Below are positions 28,253-37,593 of a stretch of DNA of 64,000 nucleotides, piece after piece (the stretch's first letter is position 1; the number at the start of each line of letters is the position of its first letter). The notes beneath the pieces were generated by a model. That model was not told where the DNA came from. It searched no databases and saw nothing but the letters and a program-made list of their open reading frames with translations. A program made the position numbers and the translations under genes. Source of the DNA: Escherichia coli. Lineage in GTDB: Bacteria > Pseudomonadota > Gammaproteobacteria > Enterobacterales > Enterobacteriaceae. The stretch lies in NCBI GenBank assembly GCA_005400705.1, contig GCA_005400705.1_4079.1. One strand, 5' to 3'.

Positions 28253-29341
28253 ATGTTAATTGAAAATTTCAAAAAGAAAATGAATGAAAAATATGGAATG
28301 TATGGTGAGTTTGATTTTAATTCGATGATTTTTAAATCTAGCAAAACTACCTTGAAATGTAACAAATGTGGTATTGAAAATACAAAGTCTGCAATTCGTC
28401 ATATCTCATGTACTTGCTCTAACTGTTATAGTAACATGTCCCAGCGTTCCAATAATGATGATTTCATTTTAAAAGTTGAAAAGAAATTCGGGACTGAAAA
28501 ATTTAAATTTGATAAATTGGTTTATGTTAATGCAAAAACTCCAGTTACAATATTCTGCACTAAACATAATGGTTATTTTCACATAACACCAAATAAGTTA
28601 TTAACTGGTGCTGGATGTAACGTTTGTAATATTAATGTAGTGCATACGAATAATGAATTTATAAAAATTGTTAAACGTAATTATGGTGATAAATTTAGTT
28701 TCCAAAAAACCAACTATATTAACAGAACAACAAAAGTCACAGTGCATTGCAATGAAGGAAATCATGATTGGGAAGTTGATCCAAAAACATTGATACTTGG
28801 GAAGTCAGGATGTGGTATATGTTCAGGTAAAGGTGGGAGAACAACCGAGCAATTTATTGCAGAAGCTGTAAAAGTTCATAACAATAATTATGATTACTCA
28901 TCTGTTATGTATGAGCATAGTGAAAAAATGGTCGAGATAAAATGCAACAATTGTAAAAATATTTTTCATCAGCAACCTAAAGCACATTTGACAGGTCGTG
29001 GTTGTCCAAAATGCGGTAAGTATGGTTATCAGACTTCCAAGCCTGGATATTTTTATGTACAGAAACTAACTAATAAAGATAAAACCGTTTACAAATATGG
29101 AATCACTGGTGATATGAAACGTAGAGTGAACGAACAGAGTCGTGATTCTGAATTCGTCCATGAAGTACTAGTAGAACGTTTCTTCGAAGATGGTAATAAA
29201 CCCCTCTTACTGGAAAAGTTTATCAAGCAGTACATTGAAAGTGGAGTAGTAAGTACTGAAGAGTTGCCGTCAGGATTTACTGAAACGTTTGATGAAAAGT
29301 ATCTAAAATCTGTACTGGAAATTGTAAATACCTTTAAGTAA
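28253..29341 (+). CDS. homing-endonuclease-like protein: Zn-ribbon repeats plus C-terminal GIY-YIG/T5orf172-like domain
   Basis: Repeats of Cx2C...H...GCxxC module similar to 16848-17804 gene; C-terminal GYFYVQK...VYKYGITGDMKRRVNEQ; start chosen at first ATG after promoter (28253; 28280 also possible). Confidence 0.6.
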   Translation: MLIENFKKKMNEKYGMYGEFDFNSMIFKSSKTTLKCNKCGIENTKSAIRHISCTCSNCYSNMSQRSNNDDFILKVEKKFGTEKFKFDKLVYVNAKTPVTIFCTKHNGYFHITPNKLLTGAGCNVCNINVVHTNNEFIKIVKRNYGDKFSFQKTNYINRTTKVTVHCNEGNHDWEVDPKTLILGKSGCGICSGKGGRTTEQFIAEAVKVHNNNYDYSSVMYEHSEKMVEIKCNNCKNIFHQQPKAHLTGRGCPKCGKYGYQTSKPGYFYVQKLTNKDKTVYKYGITGDMKRRVNEQSRDSEFVHEVLVERFFEDGNKPLLLEKFIKQYIESGVVSTEELPSGFTETFDEKYLKSVLEIVNTFK

Positions 29342-29364
29342 ACAATCTAAAGGAGTTGACACGG

Positions 29365-29715
29365 ATGTTAACTGTATACAAATTTAAAAGAGAAGAGTAC
29401 TTAAAGAGCCAGTACTCAAATATAGAAATAAATGTTCCTTATGGTACGTTAGTTGGATACGATGAAGCCACTGAAACATTGTATTATAATGATGATAGAT
29501 TAGATTATAGTTTAGATTCTTTCATAGAAGATATACTTAATACACATACTGAAGATATGTTGTATGAAGAATACATCGATCATTATAGAGAACGTATGTC
29601 GCTGCTGCATTCTGATGCTCCTGTGCTAAACATTGCACAAGAACCCTCGGAATTTCAGCCACATAATCCTTTTCAACGTTTAATTGATATTGGTTTAAAA
29701 TTCACTATTAATTGA
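29365..29715 (+). CDS. hypothetical protein
   Basis: ATG 29365 with AGGAG 9 nt upstream (track start TTG 29356). Confidence 0.45.
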   Translation: MLTVYKFKREEYLKSQYSNIEINVPYGTLVGYDEATETLYYNDDRLDYSLDSFIEDILNTHTEDMLYEEYIDHYRERMSLLHSDAPVLNIAQEPSEFQPHNPFQRLIDIGLKFTIN

Positions 29716-29754
29716 TAGATAAATATCTCCATATTAATGATGGAGATTGAATCT

Positions 29755-30063
29755 ATGTCACAGATATGTTATGTTATAATAAACTCTGCATGGCCTGACT
29801 ATGTTAAGATTGGTTTCACTTCTAAATCTGAAATGACAGAGCGTTTGAGAACGTATCAGACAGCTACCCCGTTTCGTGATTTTGAAGTTTATCATGAAGT
29901 TCACTTTGAAGACGCACGTTTAGCTGAAAAAGAGATACATAAAAGGCTTAAACAAATGAATGCAACTAGACAACCAAACACGGAGTGGTTTAAAATGTCT
30001 AAAAAGATAGCAGCAAACATCATTGATTCTGTGTGGGATGATATGGATAACGACTTGCTATAG
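29755..30063 (+). CDS. small GIY-YIG/T5orf172-like domain protein
   Basis: N-terminal CYVIINSAWPDYVKIGFTS...RL pattern; start trimmed to ATG 29755 with GGAG RBS; ATCTCCAT/ATGGAGAT hairpin spans 29729-29751. Confidence 0.5.
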   Translation: MSQICYVIINSAWPDYVKIGFTSKSEMTERLRTYQTATPFRDFEVYHEVHFEDARLAEKEIHKRLKQMNATRQPNTEWFKMSKKIAANIIDSVWDDMDNDLL

Positions 30064-30103
30064 GAATAAATATAGTATATATTAATCATAAAGGGATTTA
30101 TAC

Positions 30104-31729
30104 ATGAGCATAAGTTTTAATAACCCATTGGATACAATGACCAGTACTGGTGCTAATGGATCTTTAGAACTAATAGTGCTTGGTGGTACACCAACTAACC
30201 CAAGACCTATTCGTTTTAATTCGTCATCAGTTATTATACCAGTACAAACTTTACCTACTGGTGAACAAGGTGCAATGGTTTTTGATCGAAGCGAATTAGT
30301 TTTGAAGTATCATAACGGTACAAGTTGGGTTGCAGTATATGATACTGATACTATTTTGGAACCAATTAGAATTTCATTAGATGAAGTAAACCGAAAATTA
30401 AATTTAAAAGTAGAAAGTGTAACATACAGTAGTAGTACTGTTCCTAGTGCAAGTATTAGTGGAACAACCTTAAACATTGTATTCCCTACTGCTTCTAGTG
30501 GTGGTTCTGGTCCAACTGGTCTTTACACTTCACTTAAACCTGGTGCTATTACACAATATTCATTGACTTCTGGACAAACTGTTGCTAGTATTCGTGAACA
30601 GATGTCTGGAGTAACTAATGGTCAAAGTGGTCGTAATGGTTCACAAGGTTCTCCGTGGAAAACTTCTGATGGTTGGTGTTTTGCTGATGGTATGTGGTGG
30701 CAATGGGAGGGGGAAAATGGTACAATCACTAAACAAGTTCCAAATCTTAACCAAGAAGCATACTTGAAAGGCATTACCACATCAGGCGTAACTAAAACTG
30801 ATAGTGTGATTGCAAGTAGTGCATCAATTAGTGGTACTGCGATATCAATTGCTCAACTTCCACCGCACTCATTTAGTTTCAGTGGAACTACTGGTGCTGC
30901 TGGTCGTCATGGTCATAGCCAAGCACTAAGAGGTATGGACAGAAGTGGTCTTAATGCGTTAACATCCAGTAACGACAACGGAATCCCAACTGTAATTAAT
31001 AACATTAACGAAGCACCTGATCACGTGCATAGTTTCAGTGGTTCAACCAATACCGTTGGTAGTGGACAAGCACATACCCACGGAATTAGCAATATTGACG
31101 TACCACACTTTAATGTGGCATACTTATATAACATTGCTGAGTCTAACGTTGCATTGAGTGAAAAAGTTGCAAACACCCGTTATGTACTTAAAACTGGTGA
31201 TGTAATGACTGGTTCATTGACTATTGCTAACAGTGCTTCTATACGTTCAAATGACACTTCATTAGTACTTTACTTCCGTAACGCTACTAATGGTGAACGT
31301 GCAGCAATTTATCATAATTCATCTAACAATACATTACGTTTGAGAAGTAATGGTGGTTCGGAAGTTACAATTAACTCTTCTGGTGTACTTTATGCCCCAT
31401 CAGTTACTGGTGCATCATTGTCTATTTCTGGAAACACTGCAACTGTTGCCAGTAAAAACATCGTAAGATCTATTAACGGTAACAACGCTGATGTAAACGG
31501 TAACGTAACTTTAACACTAGGTGCTGTACAAGATGTTCGTTTAAGTAAAAGAACAACTACGCGACATGTTCCTGATTCTTCTTGGAACTATGTACCTGAA
31601 GGTGCTACACTTGATGGGTTGTTTATTTCAGTAAATGGTAGTTCAGGTACACACGTTGAAGGTTTGAGTTGGAGATATACACAAAAACTTGTAAATGGTG
31701 TATGGACTAACGTAGTAGTGGAGTCTTAA
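30104..31729 (+). CDS. tail fibre protein with His-rich HxH metal-binding-like C-terminal region
   Basis: 541 aa; Gly/Ser/Thr-rich; HGHSQ, DHVHSF, AHTHGIS motifs as in T4 fibre tips (gp12/gp37 type). Confidence 0.65.
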   Translation: MSISFNNPLDTMTSTGANGSLELIVLGGTPTNPRPIRFNSSSVIIPVQTLPTGEQGAMVFDRSELVLKYHNGTSWVAVYDTDTILEPIRISLDEVNRKLNLKVESVTYSSSTVPSASISGTTLNIVFPTASSGGSGPTGLYTSLKPGAITQYSLTSGQTVASIREQMSGVTNGQSGRNGSQGSPWKTSDGWCFADGMWWQWEGENGTITKQVPNLNQEAYLKGITTSGVTKTDSVIASSASISGTAISIAQLPPHSFSFSGTTGAAGRHGHSQALRGMDRSGLNALTSSNDNGIPTVINNINEAPDHVHSFSGSTNTVGSGQAHTHGISNIDVPHFNVAYLYNIAESNVALSEKVANTRYVLKTGDVMTGSLTIANSASIRSNDTSLVLYFRNATNGERAAIYHNSSNNTLRLRSNGGSEVTINSSGVLYAPSVTGASLSISGNTATVASKNIVRSINGNNADVNGNVTLTLGAVQDVRLSKRTTTRHVPDSSWNYVPEGATLDGLFISVNGSSGTHVEGLSWRYTQKLVNGVWTNVVVES

Positions 31730-31730
31730 T

Positions 31731-32249
31731 ATGAAAACGTATACAAATTTCAAAAAATATATACCAGTAGAAAAAAAACATGGAGATAATGTTCTTTATC
31801 TATTGTCAGATGAGGGTATTGACTGGTATGATTGTCAAACCGAATTCAGACAAGATACTTTAAAAGTTCAGTACTCTGACGATGGTTATATTGCACAAGC
31901 ATCATATGATGTAACATTGTTAGTACCGTATGGATACAGTGTTTCTGAGTTGGAGCATGATGGAGATGAAGATGAAGTAGTTGGTAAAATCTATGATGGA
32001 AGTAAAATTTCTGATTATGTTGAATCTACTGATGAAAAGATCAAACGTCTATCATCTGAGCACCAAGAATTAAGAACTGTAGCAATTAATGAGTTGAATA
32101 ACATTAAGATGGCGATAGATCTTGAGGTAGCAACTGATTATGAAATAGAACTGTTTCCTAAGTTGAAAGCATATGTTCTTGAGCTATCATCTCTAACAAC
32201 ATCTGAATTTAGTAAGAAGAAGTTTTCGTTCCCTGTTAAACCTGTTTAA
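31731..32249 (+). CDS. putative tail fibre assembly protein/chaperone
   Basis: 172-aa ORF coupled directly downstream of fibre gene; assignment positional. Confidence 0.45.
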   Translation: MKTYTNFKKYIPVEKKHGDNVLYLLSDEGIDWYDCQTEFRQDTLKVQYSDDGYIAQASYDVTLLVPYGYSVSELEHDGDEDEVVGKIYDGSKISDYVESTDEKIKRLSSEHQELRTVAINELNNIKMAIDLEVATDYEIELFPKLKAYVLELSSLTTSEFSKKKFSFPVKPV

Positions 32250-32294
32250 AAGTTTTTTGGAACAAAATCGTAAGTAGTGATACAATGTAGTCAT

Positions 32295-32325
32295 CTCACC
32301 GATTGTGGTGAGGTGACATTTTTTT
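32295..32325 (+). terminator. putative terminator hairpin
   Basis: CTCACC-gattgt-GGTGAG followed by gtgacaTTTTTTT. Confidence 0.45.
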
Positions 32326-32350
32326 GAAAACACACATGGAGAAATACAAA

Positions 32351-32653
32351 ATGGCTAAATCTAAAAAAGAAGTTAAAGTTGAAATTCGTGATCTAAACGA
32401 TGAACAACGTAAACGTCTCGGTGACGCACTTAACAACATTGTTGTACAACTAACTTTCATTGATGATACCAAAGCATCCTTATCTGATTTTGTTTCTAGT
32501 GTTTCTGATGAACTTGGTATCGATGCATCTGATATCAAACAAGCTGCACAACGTATGTACAAAGGTGATTACTTTGACAAACAAAATAAACTCGATAATA
32601 TCGAAACTATTCTTAGTGTTACTAATAATCTTCCACAAGCAGATGATTACTAA
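32351..32653 (+). CDS. hypothetical protein
   Basis: Start placed at ATG 32351 after GGAG (track start TTG 32324). Confidence 0.45.
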   Translation: MAKSKKEVKVEIRDLNDEQRKRLGDALNNIVVQLTFIDDTKASLSDFVSSVSDELGIDASDIKQAAQRMYKGDYFDKQNKLDNIETILSVTNNLPQADDY

Positions 32654-32675
32654 TTAGTACTAAAATATATTAAAT

Positions 32676-32704
32676 AGCCTCCAATGACGGAGGCTTTCTT
32701 TTTA
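32676..32704 (+). terminator. rho-independent terminator
   Basis: AGCCTCC-aatgac-GGAGGCT followed by TTCTTTTT. Confidence 0.65.
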
Positions 32705-32732
32705 ACTTAATAAACGTAAGGGAATACAAACG

Positions 32733-35700
32733 ATGTATATCGATGCTTATATGGAACGTAAACGTACTGGTGATATTCTTCATGTAGTTGAACGTAAGAA
32801 TGGTAAACGTATTCTACGCGAATTAGAACCAGTATATGAATATTATGTTGAATCCCCACAAGGAACACATAAAACTGTTTATGGTACAATGGCTAAACAT
32901 TTTGAGTTTCAAACTCAAGCTCAAATGAATAAAAGTGTAGAGCAACACAAAAGTGAAGGTCTACGTATTTTTGAAAGTGATTGTAACATTACATTTAAAA
33001 CATTAGCTAAAGAATATATGGGAAAAGGTTCACCCGATTTGAACATCGTGTTCTTCGATATCGAGACTGATTTCCATAAGAAATTTGGTTATGCTCCACC
33101 ATCAGACCCGTTTAACCGAGTAACCGCTATTTCTCTATATCAATCATGGACTGGAAAGGATTATGTACTTACTTTACCACCTGCTGATATGGAAATTTAT
33201 GAAGCACAAGATATTGTTCGCCAACTAAATGAAGAAACAAACGATCCTAACAGTACTGTAATTTTATATACAGACGAAAAGGAAATGTTTATGGAATTCT
33301 TTAGTTTAATTGATGATTCTGATGTTATTTCAGGATGGAATAGTGAATTCTTTGATATTCCATATATGATCAATCGAACTAAAAAAATCTTCAATGAAGC
33401 AACAACTGCTCGTTGGTGTTTATGGAATAAAAAACCAAATTCACGTGAAGCAGACAACTTTGGTAAAACTGTTCAAACATATGATCTGGTAGGTCGCGTC
33501 CATCTTGATTATTTGGCTTTGTATAAGAAACATGCTGGTCAAGTTGAACAATCTTATAAACTAGATTATATTGCTGAAAAAGTAACTAAAGAAAATAAAG
33601 TATCATATGAAGGTTCATTGGATAAACTTTACAGAGAGGATTACATTACTTTCTTGCGTTATTCTAAACAGGATAGTATTCTTCTTAAAAAGATTGATGC
33701 TAAATGTGACTATATCAACCTACACAATCGACTTGCACACAAAGAATGTGTACTTATCAGTACAACAATGGGTTCAGTAGCACTAATCGACACTGCTATT
33801 ATCAACTTAGCACATACTCGTGGTGAAGTTGTTTTCAACAAAGCACCGAAAGATGATCTTGAGTTTGATCCAGAAATGGAATATTATGGTGAAGATGGTG
33901 AAGATGAAGATGAGAAAATTAGTGCAAAAGCAGCAGGTGCATGGGTACAAGATCCAGTACTAGGACTTGTAAGTGACCTTGGGTGTACTGACTTTAACTC
34001 TCTTTACCCTACTGTTCTACGTACTTTGGGTATGAGTACTGAATGTATTCTTGGTCAATTACGTCAAGATTACACCGATGCGTATCTTGCAGCTAAAATC
34101 CAAGAACAGAAGAACAAATCTAAATCTAAATCATTTGAACCAGATTGGACTGCGGCATGGCATGGTTTATTTGCTGCTGTTGAATTTACAATGGTTCATG
34201 AAAAGTCAGAAGAAACATTGATTGTTGATTTAGAAGATGGGAGTTCTTTTAAAGCAACGGGCAAAGAGCTATATGATATTATTTTTGCAGAAGATAGTAC
34301 TATTGTACTTAGTGCAAACGGAACACTTTTTGATAAGTCTAAGTCTGGTGTAATTCCTGACATTCTAACTCAATGGTATTCTGAACGTAAAGCACAGCAA
34401 AAAATGGTCATTGACTACAAACATATGTATACTGATGGTTGGGAGTTTAATGGCTATGAAAAAGTCGAACCACTACTATCAAACTATACCCCTGGTACAA
34501 TGTTTAGAACTAATATTCATGATAATGATCCTGTATACTTACTTCGTAAAGAAATTGGTAAAGGACAGTGGGATGAAGTTGCTAAGTTGATTGTAGAAAA
34601 CGGATTAGTACTAAAAGATGGTCGTATTTTCTGTCCTAAAGAAGAAAAAGATTACTTCAAACAACGTAGTGCTTTCTGGAAACAGAACCAACAGATTCGT
34701 AAGATTCTTCTAAACAGTCTATATGGTGCACTATTGAACAAAGGTTCTCGTTTTTTTGACAAACGTTTAGGTCAATCCGTAACATTAACTGGACGTTCTA
34801 TGACCAAACATATGGCAAGTCGTATCAATGAAATTACTACTGGTGTATATAACCACCAAGGTGGTTCAGTAATTTATGGTGATACTGACTCAGTTTACTT
34901 TAGTGTAACTCATTATCTGAAAGAACAAGGTATTCCATATAATCTATCTAAAGAAGAGATTGTTGATATGTATATTAAAATTGGTGAAGAAGTTGGTGAA
35001 TCTTTCCCATCATTTATGCATGAGATGTTCAACACTGGTATTGAAAAAGGTAAGATTGTTGGTGCAGACCTTGAGATGGTTGGTTCGCGTGGCCTATTCT
35101 TGAAGAAAAAACGTTATGCAATTCTGAAGTACTGGGAAGATGGGTTCCGTAAAGATATTGATGGTAAACCAGGTGAAATCAAAGCGATGGGTCTTGAAAT
35201 TAAACGCTCAGACACGCCAAAATACATCCAGAACTTCCTAGAAGAGACTCTAATCGCATTACTGGTAGGTGAGAGTGAACAACAGCTAAAACAGCGTGTA
35301 CGTGAGTTTAAGGACGTATTTAAGGATATGCCTGTACATGAAAAAGGTTCACCAAAAACTGTAAAAAACTACACTAATTTAGAGGCTGAATATCAGCTAA
35401 CTGGTAAGTGTAAAGTTGGTCACGTTCTTGCTGGTATCCAATGGAACCGTCTACGTGAAGTTTATGATGATAAATCTGTTCCAGAAGTAACAGATGGAAC
35501 AAAAGTAATTGTCTGTAACTTAAAAGATAATCCTATGGGAATTAAAGCAGTTGGTTATCCAATTGACTGTGTTGAGTATCTTCCAGAATGGTTCTTGGAA
35601 CTACCATTTGATACTGAAAAAATGGAAGAGATTGTTCTAACTAAAAAATTAGAGAATATTTTTGGTATTTTGGATATGGATATTGGTATTCATGAAAAAA

Positions 35701-35738
35701 GTACTGCGTCAGTAAACAATGGATTCTTCACTTGGTAA
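32733..35738 (+). CDS. gp43: DNA polymerase, family B (gp43-like)
   Basis: 1001 aa; exonuclease motif FFDIETD; polymerase motifs DFNSLYPT and YGDTDS. Confidence 0.9.
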   Translation: MYIDAYMERKRTGDILHVVERKNGKRILRELEPVYEYYVESPQGTHKTVYGTMAKHFEFQTQAQMNKSVEQHKSEGLRIFESDCNITFKTLAKEYMGKGSPDLNIVFFDIETDFHKKFGYAPPSDPFNRVTAISLYQSWTGKDYVLTLPPADMEIYEAQDIVRQLNEETNDPNSTVILYTDEKEMFMEFFSLIDDSDVISGWNSEFFDIPYMINRTKKIFNEATTARWCLWNKKPNSREADNFGKTVQTYDLVGRVHLDYLALYKKHAGQVEQSYKLDYIAEKVTKENKVSYEGSLDKLYREDYITFLRYSKQDSILLKKIDAKCDYINLHNRLAHKECVLISTTMGSVALIDTAIINLAHTRGEVVFNKAPKDDLEFDPEMEYYGEDGEDEDEKISAKAAGAWVQDPVLGLVSDLGCTDFNSLYPTVLRTLGMSTECILGQLRQDYTDAYLAAKIQEQKNKSKSKSFEPDWTAAWHGLFAAVEFTMVHEKSEETLIVDLEDGSSFKATGKELYDIIFAEDSTIVLSANGTLFDKSKSGVIPDILTQWYSERKAQQKMVIDYKHMYTDGWEFNGYEKVEPLLSNYTPGTMFRTNIHDNDPVYLLRKEIGKGQWDEVAKLIVENGLVLKDGRIFCPKEEKDYFKQRSAFWKQNQQIRKILLNSLYGALLNKGSRFFDKRLGQSVTLTGRSMTKHMASRINEITTGVYNHQGGSVIYGDTDSVYFSVTHYLKEQGIPYNLSKEEIVDMYIKIGEEVGESFPSFMHEMFNTGIEKGKIVGADLEMVGSRGLFLKKKRYAILKYWEDGFRKDIDGKPGEIKAMGLEIKRSDTPKYIQNFLEETLIALLVGESEQQLKQRVREFKDVFKDMPVHEKGSPKTVKNYTNLEAEYQLTGKCKVGHVLAGIQWNRLREVYDDKSVPEVTDGTKVIVCNLKDNPMGIKAVGYPIDCVEYLPEWFLELPFDTEKMEEIVLTKKLENIFGILDMDIGIHEKSTASVNNGFFTW

Positions 35739-35749
35739 GGAGTAATAAT

Positions 35750-35899
35750 ATGGTTATTGTAAATGAAATTGAACTAAACTATGACGAAGTAAACGATACT
35801 TTCACTAATGAGATGTTGAATCTTACTGAAGAAAGTGTAAATGAGGCATGGGAAAAATATGTAGAATGGACTTCATTACAAGGTAAAAATGATGAGTAA
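35750..35899 (+). CDS. small hypothetical ORF (49 aa)
   Basis: Hand-found ORF below track cutoff; AGGAG 7 nt upstream. Confidence 0.3.
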   Translation: MVIVNEIELNYDEVNDTFTNEMLNLTEESVNEAWEKYVEWTSLQGKNDE

Positions 35900-36188
35900 T
35901 ATATATAAGCGTATTGGTGAAGTATTAGAAGGCAATGGTATCATTAATTCTGTACTAGCATATGATAATGATGAAGAAGTAGTTCTAATTGGTGCGGGTT
36001 TTACTCGCACTGGTTCAGTGGAAGTTGACGGAGAGATTGCTGATGTTTACACTCTTGTGAAAAAGCGTAAAGTTGTTTTTGTCGATGATGTACATACATT
36101 AAAAGACTTGAAAAAATTACGAGATAAAATTGGCATGAGTTCTACAATTGATAAGCCTTATCTTCAACGTTGGAATACAAAATACTGA
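35889..36188 (+). CDS. hypothetical protein
   Basis: 99-aa track ORF. Confidence 0.4.
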   Translation: MMSNIYKRIGEVLEGNGIINSVLAYDNDEEVVLIGAGFTRTGSVEVDGEIADVYTLVKKRKVVFVDDVHTLKDLKKLRDKIGMSSTIDKPYLQRWNTKY

Positions 36189-36196
36189 TAAAAAAT

Positions 36197-36225
36197 TGAG
36201 ACAAGCATCATTTTTGAGATATAAT
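36197..36225 (+). promoter_or_regulatory. promoter, TGAGAC-N17-TATAAT class
   Basis: TGAGAC 36197-36202, 17-nt spacer, TATAAT 36220-36225. Confidence 0.5.
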
Positions 36226-36289
36226 GGTGCTTGTAGTAATCTTACATAAAAACATTTTTTGATTAACAAATAAAACGGAGAATTATATA

Positions 36290-37021
36290 ATGGATCTACG
36301 CAACGTACTACGTGACCTCGTAAACACAACCAGTGGTATTGACTTCTCTTGTATTGCAGTAAGCAGTGAAGACCGTGGTGAAGGACAACGTGTATATCTA
36401 GAAGCGTACACAGATGACCGAACTCTTGTAATGCGAGCATATACTAAAGAAGATGTTCCTGAAGTTCAGGGTCGTTTTGGCTTAGGTAATCTAGGTCTTC
36501 TTCAGGGTCTAATGTCTCTAAAAACATACAGTACCGAAGGAACCACAATCACATCAAATGTTAAAGATGGTTCAGTTAAAAGTCTGGCATTTAAATCTGA
36601 AGATGCAAGCACTACATTTATGGTACAAGCTGAAAAACTTATTCCAGTTCAACCACGTTTTCATGAACAACCATATGACGTACAGGTTATTCCTAGTGCA
36701 GCAAAAGTTCAGGAACTAAAGAGTTTTTCTGGTGTATTTAAATCTTTTAGTTCTCTTGTAACTCCGTATACTGAAGGCGACACCCTATACTTTCACGTTG
36801 GTGAGAAAAACAAAAGTAACCACGTTGGTTCTCTAGCTTTTTCTAAAACTGAAGGTGAATTAGGTCTTGGTTTTGGTTATAATATTGATCGCGTACTTCA
36901 AGCATTATCTCGCGTATCTAATGCCGAATCAGTATCACTTGGTATTACTAAAACTGGTATGCTAAATGTAACACTAGATACTGGAATTGCAGTATACAAA
37001 TTTTACGTAACAGGCTGCTAA
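36290..37021 (+). CDS. putative sliding clamp (gp45-like)
   Basis: 243 aa, size and weak N-terminal resemblance (VNTTSGI vs T4 ATINSGI as recalled); low-confidence product. Confidence 0.45.
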   Translation: MDLRNVLRDLVNTTSGIDFSCIAVSSEDRGEGQRVYLEAYTDDRTLVMRAYTKEDVPEVQGRFGLGNLGLLQGLMSLKTYSTEGTTITSNVKDGSVKSLAFKSEDASTTFMVQAEKLIPVQPRFHEQPYDVQVIPSAAKVQELKSFSGVFKSFSSLVTPYTEGDTLYFHVGEKNKSNHVGSLAFSKTEGELGLGFGYNIDRVLQALSRVSNAESVSLGITKTGMLNVTLDTGIAVYKFYVTGC

Positions 37022-37022
37022 T

Positions 37023-37030
37023 ATAAATAA
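37023..37030 (+). promoter_or_regulatory. late-promoter-like TATAAATA element followed by hairpin
   Basis: TATAAATA then GGGGAACA-cta-TGTTCCCC hairpin 37032-37050. Confidence 0.35.
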
Positions 37031-37085
37031 CGGGGAACACTATGTTCCCCAAATTAGTTTGATTTAAAAAGTAAAGGAATACAAA

Positions 37086-37292
37086 ATGCCATTATATACA
37101 TATCGTTGTGAAAAAGAAGAATGCAAACATAGCATGGAAAAAATTGTTAAAATTGCAAATCGTGATGAACCTCATGATTGTCCTAAATGTAATGGTGAAA
37201 AAACTATGAAGTTGGAAGTGTTCACTCCAGGTGATAAGGGTGCTAATCTTTATTTCCGTGGAAAATGGTTTGCAAATACTGGAGGTTACTGA
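37086..37292 (+). CDS. FmdB-family zinc-ribbon protein
   Basis: MPLYTYRCEKEECKH...DCPKCNG matches MPIYEY-C-x2-C...C-P-x-C-G zinc-ribbon pattern. Confidence 0.55.
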   Translation: MPLYTYRCEKEECKHSMEKIVKIANRDEPHDCPKCNGEKTMKLEVFTPGDKGANLYFRGKWFANTGGY

Positions 37293-37293
37293 T

Positions 37294-37593
37294 ATGAAAA
37301 TTAAAATGATTAATGATTACGTTCTTGTTCGACAAATTGAAGCACAGAATAAAAGTACTGGTGGTATTATTCTAGGTAATGTTGAACCACCATGTATTGG
37401 GATGGTAATTTCCGTTGGTCCAGGTAAAATTCTTCCGAACGGACAACTTGCAGAACATAATATTAAAGAAGGTGATATGGTTGTGTTTGGTCGTTCATCT
37501 TTGAACACACCACTGACTGAAGATCTTGGTGGCGGTGAAGATACATATTATGTAATGAAAATCGAAGAGATTTTTGGTAAGAAAAATGGCTAA
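37294..37593 (+). CDS. GroES-like co-chaperonin (Cpn10 family; functional analogue of T4 gp31)
   Basis: 99 aa; YVLVRQIEAQNKSTGGIILGN mobile-loop signature, GMVISVGPG, IKEGDMVVF; GGAGG RBS 37281-37285; track start at 37231 is an upstream extension. Confidence 0.75.
   Translation: MKIKMINDYVLVRQIEAQNKSTGGIILGNVEPPCIGMVISVGPGKILPNGQLAEHNIKEGDMVVFGRSSLNTPLTEDLGGGEDTYYVMKIEEIFGKKNG

Noticed and set aside
32733-35738. Intein or intron in the enlarged (1001 aa) DNA polymerase
   Set aside because: ORF is continuous with polymerase motifs in normal order and no Cys/Ser...His-Asn intein boundaries or homing-endonuclease block were seen
37231-37293. N-terminal extension of the GroES-like gene from the track start 37231
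   Set aside because: It overlaps the zinc-ribbon gene; a GGAGG RBS sits just before ATG 37294 and the GroES homology begins there
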